Of a stretch of DNA of 64,000 nt, positions 57,851-64,000 are shown in pieces. The notes under the pieces are model-generated. The model saw nothing but the letters and a program-made list of their open reading frames with translations. It had not been told where the DNA came from and ran no database searches. Source of the stretch: Candidatus Gottesmanbacteria bacterium RIFCSPLOWO2_01_FULL_43_11b. GTDB lineage: Bacteria; Patescibacteriota; Microgenomatia; UBA10105; UBA927. Numbering within the stretch: the stretch's first letter is position 1; every line of letters begins with the position of its first letter. The position numbers and the translations under genes are program-made. The DNA lies in contig MFJV01000001.1 in assembly GCA_001780985.1 (NCBI GenBank), positions 517,099-581,098 of the forward strand, read 5' to 3'.

Positions 57851-60262
57851 ATGGAACTTACTGGGATTAGAAAAACAGTATTTTTAGATCGATACGCCCT
57901 CAAAAATGAGCAAGGGGTCCCCATTGAAAAAGAACCAGAGGAGATGTGGCGCCGTATTGCCCACGCTATCGCGAGTATTGAACCGAAAAACAAGCGGCAG
58001 GAATGGGAAGATAAATTTTATAACGCCATGGCAGACTTTGCCTTCGTTCCGGGCGGCCGAATTCTTTCTGGTGCCGGCACAGGATACAAAGTGACGTTCT
58101 ATAACTGTTTCGTCATCCCATCTCCTCATGACTCCCGCGGCGGAATTTTAAAAACGCTTACCCAAATGGTCGAGATTATGTCACGCGGCGGAGGAGTAGG
58201 GATTAATCTATCAAGCCTTCGTCCTCGCGGCGCCCGGGTGCAGAAGGTTAACGGATTCTCCTCCGGCCCTTGTAATTGGGCGGAACTTTTCTCCGTTGCC
58301 ACCAAAGATATTATTCAACAGGGCGGTAGTCGCAGAGGAGCGCTCATGTTGATGCTGTGGGATTGGCATCCTGATATAGAGGAATTTATTACCGTCAAAC
58401 AGGATCTTTCTCGGATTAACGGCGCAAATTTATCCGTCTGTGTTTCCGATGCCTTCATGGAGGCAGTAAAAAATGACGCGGATTGGGATTTGGTATTCCC
58501 GGATAACACCGATCCGGACTACGACACAAAGTGGGATGGATACCTCCCCAACTGGATTGCGATAGGGAAAAAGCCAATAGTCAAAAAAACAGTCAAGGCC
58601 AGAAAAATATGGGACAGTATCGCTGAGGCTGCCTGGAGGAGTGCGGAACCCGGAGTCGTTTTCATGGAGCGGTACAATAAGTGGTTTAACAACTCCTACT
58701 GGGAATTTGTTAACTGCGTTAATCCATGCGGTGAAGAAGGGCTGCCGAATTGGGGAGTCTGTAACCTGTGTTCAATTAATTTAGCAGCGCTCGTTAACGA
58801 GCAGGGAGAGATGGATTATACGAAACTTGCCGAAATAGCAAAGATAGGCGTGCGCTTCCAAGATGACATCATCGACGCAGATTTATATGTCTTTGATGAA
58901 ATTAGAAAAGTGCAGCAGCAGGGTGAGCGACGAATTGGACTTGGGACAATGGGGTTAGGAGATGCCCTTATTAAAATGAAACTCCGGTACGGATCCGACG
59001 AAAGCCTGGTTGTCATCGATAAAATCTACAAAACCATACGGGATGCCGCCTACGAATCGTCGGTTGAGATTGCAAAAGAAAAAGGCGCGTTCCCCAAAAT
59101 TAACACCGCAAAACATCTCGACGGGTATTTTATTCGTCAGCTCCCTGAGGAGACGCGAAGAAAAATGAAACGGTACGGCGTAAGAAATTCCGTCGTCTTG
59201 CAGCAAGCGCCGACAGGATCTACATCGCTCCTTTCCGGAGTATCAAGCGGCATTGAGCCCGTCTATGAATTTGAATTTATCCGCCGCGATCGATTAGGTG
59301 AGCATACACTTCGGCATCCGCTGTTTGAAGCATGGTTTGAAGAATTCAAAAAAACGCGCGGGAGAGATCCGGAAAGAACCGACCGACCGGCATACTTTGT
59401 GTCTGCAAACGACCTAAGCCCAGAAGACCACGTGCGCGTTCAGGCAGCGATTCAAAAGTACGTTGACGCATCAATTAGTAAAACAGTTAACGCTCCCAAT
59501 ACTCATACAGTTGAAGACGTTAAAAAGCTTTATACCCTTGCGTATGAGCTAGGGTGTAAAGGGATTACCTACATGCGCGAAGGGAGCCGCCCGGGCGTTT
59601 TATCGAGAAAAGAAGAGCCGAAGAAGGTAGAAGTACCGGTGGGCACAGCGTATGTTCCGGAAGTTAAACCCAGGCCTATGGTTGTTCAGGGATCGACCTA
59701 TCAGGTGGAGACGCCGGTGGGGCAAGCGTACATTACGATTAATACAAACGGCGGCAACAAACCCCTTGAAGTATTTATAAACGTTGGGAAAGCCGGAAGC
59801 GATGTTACGGCTATGGCAGAGGCGATGGGCCGGTTGATTTCCCTCACCCTTCGTATCGCCTCACCCATTTCGCCATTTGAACGTGCGCATAAAATTGCTG
59901 CTGAACTTATCGGTATCGGCGGCGCACGGTCTTTGGGTTTTGGTGAAAATCGAGTGCGAAGTCTCCCTGATGCTGTCGCAAAAGTCATTGATAGACACTT
60001 CGGATTTTTCACAAAACACCAGTTTGTTTCCGCGCCAACCAATGGCAATGGGGTGACAACTAACGGTCACTCTGTTTCAAAACCAACCGGCGCACCGGAG
60101 GTGGAGCCGGCAGAACAACCAAAAACAGTTCCCCCTCAGCAAATGCTGTTAACTGAAAAACGTATGGTGACGGTGGATCTTTGCCCCAGCTGCGGAGAGG
60201 GAACATTGGTCTTTGAAGAGTCCTGCAAAAAGTGCTATTCCTGCGGTTATTCTGAATGTTGA
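57851..60262 (+). CDS. nrdJ: class II adenosylcobalamin-dependent ribonucleotide reductase with TSCPD domain
   Basis: NCFV, GGSRRGA, NPCGE, CNL, APTG, SISKT, C-terminal CPSC...CYSCGYSEC. Confidence 0.95.
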   Translation: MELTGIRKTVFLDRYALKNEQGVPIEKEPEEMWRRIAHAIASIEPKNKRQEWEDKFYNAMADFAFVPGGRILSGAGTGYKVTFYNCFVIPSPHDSRGGILKTLTQMVEIMSRGGGVGINLSSLRPRGARVQKVNGFSSGPCNWAELFSVATKDIIQQGGSRRGALMLMLWDWHPDIEEFITVKQDLSRINGANLSVCVSDAFMEAVKNDADWDLVFPDNTDPDYDTKWDGYLPNWIAIGKKPIVKKTVKARKIWDSIAEAAWRSAEPGVVFMERYNKWFNNSYWEFVNCVNPCGEEGLPNWGVCNLCSINLAALVNEQGEMDYTKLAEIAKIGVRFQDDIIDADLYVFDEIRKVQQQGERRIGLGTMGLGDALIKMKLRYGSDESLVVIDKIYKTIRDAAYESSVEIAKEKGAFPKINTAKHLDGYFIRQLPEETRRKMKRYGVRNSVVLQQAPTGSTSLLSGVSSGIEPVYEFEFIRRDRLGEHTLRHPLFEAWFEEFKKTRGRDPERTDRPAYFVSANDLSPEDHVRVQAAIQKYVDASISKTVNAPNTHTVEDVKKLYTLAYELGCKGITYMREGSRPGVLSRKEEPKKVEVPVGTAYVPEVKPRPMVVQGSTYQVETPVGQAYITINTNGGNKPLEVFINVGKAGSDVTAMAEAMGRLISLTLRIASPISPFERAHKIAAELIGIGGARSLGFGENRVRSLPDAVAKVIDRHFGFFTKHQFVSAPTNGNGVTTNGHSVSKPTGAPEVEPAEQPKTVPPQQMLLTEKRMVTVDLCPSCGEGTLVFEESCKKCYSCGYSEC

Positions 60263-60336
60263 TGTCATTCCGGGCTTGACCCGGAATCCATCCTCTCTTT
60301 CGAAAACTGGATCCCTGCTCACTGGCCGGGATGACA
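60263..60336. repeat. REP/RPE-like palindromic element
   Basis: TGTCATTCCGG...GGAATCCA...TGGATCC...CCGGGATGACA, self-complementary ends. Confidence 0.75.
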
Positions 60337-60345
60337 AACGAAAAT

Positions 60346-60897
60346 ATGCCAATCTATACAAAAACCGGTGATACCGGCATGACGAGTCTTTTTGGCGGAA
60401 AGCGGGTCCTCAAGTGTGAGGAGCTTGTTGATGTCTACGGCTCGCTTGATGAACTTAACAGTTGGGTGGGGCTGATAGCTTCGCAAATAAAAACAAAAGA
60501 TATCCAAAGATTTCTTTTTTCGATTCAAGAGGATCTCTTTACCATTGGGAGTAATCTCGCCGGTGCGAAAACGGAAATAAAGCAATTGTCGGGTCGTGTT
60601 GCTGAAATGGAAAAAAGAATTGATACCATGGAAAATAAAGCAGGTAAACTCCGTAATTTTATTTTGCCCGGGGGGAGTCAGCTTGCGTCATTTGTACATA
60701 TTGCCCGATCTATTTGCCGCCGCGTCGAACGACAAACGGTAGCGCTCAAACAGAAGGAAGATGTTGACAGTAAAATTCTTATCTATCTTAACCGATTGTC
60801 AGATTTCCTTTTTATGGTTGCTCGACTTATTAATCACGAAGAACATATCGAAGAAGTAGTATGGTCGGGTATTGACCGCGTTGGGAAAAAGAAGTAA
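60346..60897 (+). CDS. pduO: ATP:cob(I)alamin adenosyltransferase (PduO type)
   Basis: IYTKTGD.G.T, YGSLDELNS, FILPGG, RRVER, YLNRLSD. Confidence 0.95.
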   Translation: MPIYTKTGDTGMTSLFGGKRVLKCEELVDVYGSLDELNSWVGLIASQIKTKDIQRFLFSIQEDLFTIGSNLAGAKTEIKQLSGRVAEMEKRIDTMENKAGKLRNFILPGGSQLASFVHIARSICRRVERQTVALKQKEDVDSKILIYLNRLSDFLFMVARLINHEEHIEEVVWSGIDRVGKKK

Positions 60898-60913
60898 AAC
60901 GTACAATAAGTAG

Positions 60914-60983
60914 TCAAAAGTTCCGAATCCCGTGAAAATCGGGAACTGTACCGCAACGGTGATAGTCCGGTCGCAGACTTTTG
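60914..60983 (+). ncRNA. compact cobalamin riboswitch (class II / AdoCbl-variant-like)
   Basis: GAATCCCGTGAAAATCGGGAACTGTACCGCAACGGTGATAGTCCG core closed by TCAAAAGT/ACTTTTGA; TACAAT at 60902-60907; adjacent to nrdJ-pduO. Confidence 0.75.
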
Positions 60984-61023
60984 ATATTACGCGTATCCTT
61001 CGAGTCAAAGGAGATGCAAAAGC

Positions 61024-61048
61024 AACTTCTCACTCGAGAAGTTTTTTT
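61024..61048 (+). terminator. intrinsic terminator downstream of the riboswitch
   Basis: AACTTCTC-ACTC-GAGAAGTT followed by a T run. Confidence 0.7.
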
Positions 61049-61061
61049 ATTGGAGAAAAGT

Positions 61062-62675
61062 ATGGCAAAAGGTTGTGTCTGTGAGAAGGAGATATTTAAA
61101 AAATCATACGATGTTTTGTTAAGCAAAACAGCGCTCGTAAACCCCGAGCTTTCAGCACATGAGCTCCGTGTGCAGGTGGCACAAAAATTTCGTCCTCGAT
61201 ACAAACAAGACAAAAATGCTGCGACGCTTGAAAGTTCGGGACTAGAAGTGTACGACGGGCTTGATTTTGAGGTTACTTTGGATGGGAACATTTACTATCC
61301 CGCATATGGGGTAACAAGTGAAGAACTCAACGAAAACACAAGATTATATAACCCTGACCAGTATTCACCCGTGGATCATCAAACATCTCGTTTTGTAGCA
61401 AAAACGCTTGCCGGAGGTGCCGCTTTTGTTGCAACAACTTACGCAAGAGATGGAAACGACAATCGTGATATACACGTGTATTACATTGATAGGGCTACCG
61501 GTAAAGGCAAAACAAAGACGATAAATACCGCAAAGGAGGGAAAACACCACACCTTTGAGGAAATGAACGGCTTAATGCAAAGGTTATTCCCCGAATACGT
61601 GCATACAAAGCCGGTTGAAAAAGTTCTTTTAGTAACAGACAAACCTTTGCCTCAAGAAACCGCATACGTTCGTCCAGATATTTCAGAAAAAGTAGCGACA
61701 GATACGGTACGGACGTTTTCGTATGCCGCAAGGCGCATTCACGCGGACGTGAAACAGGCAGCGATACAAATTTTTGTGCGCTTTGAGCACAAAAAGAAGC
61801 TGCAGAAGATTAGTGACGAATCCGTGTCGCAACAACTCAGGAAGAAGGAAGCAGTAAAAATAAAAAAGACAAAAGAAACAACGATTTTTCCCGAGGCGGG
61901 TCGTGCAAAAAAGAAATTAACGAAGGAGCACCAAAAAATAAAAAACTTTCTTATTCCACTTCTCTTTATTGCCGAAGCAGGAATAAATCCAGGGGCAGGA
62001 CTTTGGATAGTAAAAATGTTAAAAAAAGAAAAACTTTTTAAAAACAAAAAACATTTTAAATACGAGATGGCTCAACGGCTGAACAAAAGAGAAAGGAAAA
62101 AACAAAGAATAGAGGCAAAACGAAAGATAAAAGCAAAAGAAAACAACAGAATCAAACTCAAAGAATATAAAAAAGAGAAACGGGCGAAAAAAGGGGAGAG
62201 ACGTATTCATTCTAAGACTCAAGAGCGCAAGAATCTCGTACGCACCATTCGTAAACTTGCGCGTATTTTACGAAATATTTCCTCACCTAGGGTTCACACG
62301 GAGAAAAATTTCAGAGAGCGTATTGAAGAAAAAGAAAAAATTCGATATCGGAAAGAAATTCGAAGAATGCAGAAAGAACATGTTGTACGCTTTGCGTTTG
62401 CATGGGCACTGTGGTTATTAGTACGCCCAAAGACATCAAAAAAGGACTTTCATCTATCGATAGATGAAAGCAAGAAACAAAAAGAGAACATTGTAAGGGT
62501 AAAAGAGTCTACGTACTGGATTCTTTTGGCGGTTATTTGGTATTTAGTGATGATACGGGAACAACGGATGTTCGTGACACAGAAGAAAAAACAGAAAAAG
62601 AAAACAAAAGCATTACCCAAACCAATTCTACCGTTCTCACCCCAACGTGGAATAATATTTGCCTATGCCACATAA
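61062..62675 (+). CDS. hypothetical protein with highly Lys/Arg-rich C-terminal half
   Basis: Long ORF; ATG 61062 has GGAG upstream; start uncertain. Confidence 0.65.
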   Translation: MAKGCVCEKEIFKKSYDVLLSKTALVNPELSAHELRVQVAQKFRPRYKQDKNAATLESSGLEVYDGLDFEVTLDGNIYYPAYGVTSEELNENTRLYNPDQYSPVDHQTSRFVAKTLAGGAAFVATTYARDGNDNRDIHVYYIDRATGKGKTKTINTAKEGKHHTFEEMNGLMQRLFPEYVHTKPVEKVLLVTDKPLPQETAYVRPDISEKVATDTVRTFSYAARRIHADVKQAAIQIFVRFEHKKKLQKISDESVSQQLRKKEAVKIKKTKETTIFPEAGRAKKKLTKEHQKIKNFLIPLLFIAEAGINPGAGLWIVKMLKKEKLFKNKKHFKYEMAQRLNKRERKKQRIEAKRKIKAKENNRIKLKEYKKEKRAKKGERRIHSKTQERKNLVRTIRKLARILRNISSPRVHTEKNFRERIEEKEKIRYRKEIRRMQKEHVVRFAFAWALWLLVRPKTSKKDFHLSIDESKKQKENIVRVKESTYWILLAVIWYLVMIREQRMFVTQKKKQKKKTKALPKPILPFSPQRGIIFAYAT

Positions 62676-63336
62676 AAGTGCTATTGCGACATGGAGCGGA
62701 GGAAAAGATAGTTGCCTTGCTGCATATAAAGCAATGAAAGCGGGATATACGATATCCTATCTTGCCAACACTGTTTCTCGAGAATATAAGCGGGTACGAT
62801 TTCATGGCGTAGAAGACACGCTTATTCAAAAACAAGCTAAAGCTATAGGTATTCCTCTGTTACAGCAAGAAACGACTGCAAAATGGTATTGGAAAGAGTT
62901 TACAGCAAACCTCCGAAAAGGGTTTAGGAAGCCAATTGAGGGAGTCGTCTTTGGAGATATTCATTTAGAAGAATGTTTTGAATGGTCTCAGAAGGTATGT
63001 ACTGATTTGAGTGTACACCTTGTAGAACCGTTATGGCAGAAAAAACCAGAAACTATTTTAGAAGAATTTATTAACCTAGGTTTTGAAGCGATTATTGTGA
63101 GCGCGCAAGCCAATCTTTTTGGGAAGGAATGGGTAGGAAAAACAATAGATAAATCTTTTCTTGTAGACATCAAAAAATTAAAAGGCATTGATGTATGCGG
63201 AGAAAATGGGGAATATCATTCTTTGGTTCTCAATGGGCCGATGTTTAAACAAAAAATAAATATTTTGAAATCAAAGCCGCTATATCGCGACGGGTATTGG
63301 TTTTTGGATATACAAAAGTATAGGCTGAATTCATGA
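62665..63336 (+). CDS. DUF71 / diphthine-ammonia ligase (Dph6) family PP-loop ATPase
   Basis: WSGGKDS, HG, QA.AIGIP, FGDI, EPLW, CGENGEYHSLV..GP.F. Confidence 0.9.
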   Translation: MPHKSAIATWSGGKDSCLAAYKAMKAGYTISYLANTVSREYKRVRFHGVEDTLIQKQAKAIGIPLLQQETTAKWYWKEFTANLRKGFRKPIEGVVFGDIHLEECFEWSQKVCTDLSVHLVEPLWQKKPETILEEFINLGFEAIIVSAQANLFGKEWVGKTIDKSFLVDIKKLKGIDVCGENGEYHSLVLNGPMFKQKINILKSKPLYRDGYWFLDIQKYRLNS

Positions 63337-63337
63337 T

Positions 63338-63715
63338 ATGATTACATATATGGGTGACCTGCCTGATGATCAAAAGACCGGGAGTTTGGCGAAAGAAAAA
63401 CAGGAGATAAGTAGTGGCGGTCTTGAAGCCCCGGCGCTTAAAGAAGTTGGAAAGGAAGGAGAACTTCCTCCTGAAGTAACTGGTGCGGGTGTACAGATGC
63501 ACCCAACGAACGTTCCTCTTCCGCAACCGGTTCAACAACTTGGCGTTAAACAAGTGGGGACGACAGCAGTACAACAGCCCGCATCAGTAACGCTTCCGCT
63601 TTCCGACGATCAAATTGCAAAAGGATTACACCAGAGCATCACGAGTTCTTGGCGGTGGTTGGCTGAGTGGTGTATGCGAAAACTTAAGCAGATAAAGAAA
63701 ATTATTAAAAAATAA
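63338..63715 (+). CDS. hypothetical protein
   Basis: Low-complexity N-terminus, C-terminal LPL.DDQI..GLH...SS.RWLAEWC. Confidence 0.7.
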   Translation: MITYMGDLPDDQKTGSLAKEKQEISSGGLEAPALKEVGKEGELPPEVTGAGVQMHPTNVPLPQPVQQLGVKQVGTTAVQQPASVTLPLSDDQIAKGLHQSITSSWRWLAEWCMRKLKQIKKIIKK

Positions 63716-63718
63716 TAT

Positions 63719-64000
63719 ATGCCGGATTTTTTACTCGATATTACGTATCAACTGCAGGTTTTAACCATAACCCTCGCTATTATGGCAATTTTTTTAGGGG
63801 GACTATTTCTTCTCGGGTATTTAGTTTTTCTTTTATGGAAATATAGAGATAGGGAAGCACAAAGCCTTTCTTTTGTGCTGTTGCAGGTAGCAACACCACG
63901 CGATAACGAAATTAAAATAGACGCCGCAGAACAGTTATTTGCCAGTCTTCATGGAATAATGAAAAGTGGGTTTTGGTCTTTTCTCAAACCTCAACCGCAC
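63719..64000 (+). CDS. partial CDS, likely N-terminus of a DUF87/TraG-like ATPase
   Basis: Manual translation MPDFLLD...TM...LLQVATPRDNEIKIDAAEQLFASL; open to the window edge. Confidence 0.6.
   Translation, partial: MPDFLLDITYQLQVLTITLAIMAIFLGGLFLLGYLVFLLWKYRDREAQSLSFVLLQVATPRDNEIKIDAAEQLFASLHGIMKSGFWSFLKPQPH

Noticed and set aside
57851-60262. Intein or intron in nrdJ
   Set aside because: Length is explained by the catalytic core, linker and TSCPD domain; no splice motifs or frame break
443-63574. Many short antisense or nested ORFs in the six-frame track
   Set aside because: They overlap well-supported genes and show no recognisable motifs
1-64000. Alternative genetic code (TGA = Gly)
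   Set aside because: Conserved genes such as rpoD, purB and nrdJ end at TGA at their expected lengths

Overview
Gene-dense bacterial DNA in the standard genetic code, with very short intergenic spaces. Gene content (several GT-C glycosyltransferases, DUF5667-type proteins, class II RNR, GapN, a DUF87-type ATPase at the right edge) suggests Patescibacteria (CPR), probably Microgenomates; this taxonomy is an inference. Positions 1-4870 look like the right end of an integrated element: an AT-rich three-gene HNH-TPR / HEPN-like / HEPN-like cassette (candidate anti-phage system), an XRE regulator, a TerS-like gene and an att-like junction. The remainder is mostly host genome: seven tRNAs (four Ser, two Arg, one Asn), dnaG-rpoD, three toxin-antitoxin pairs, two class A PBPs, sodA, gapN, a purine salvage/interconversion cluster and an nrdR-nrdJ-pduO locus followed by a compact cobalamin-riboswitch-like RNA and a DUF71/Dph6-family gene. 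Other notable items are a GT-C glycosyltransferase fused to a transpeptidase-less PBP pedestal, a GIY-YIG mini-element at tRNA-Asn, and two cryptic short reading frames at att-like sites that resemble alternative recombinase C-termini. No rRNA, CRISPR array or reverse transcriptase was seen. All family assignments come from reading motifs by eye, not from database searches.
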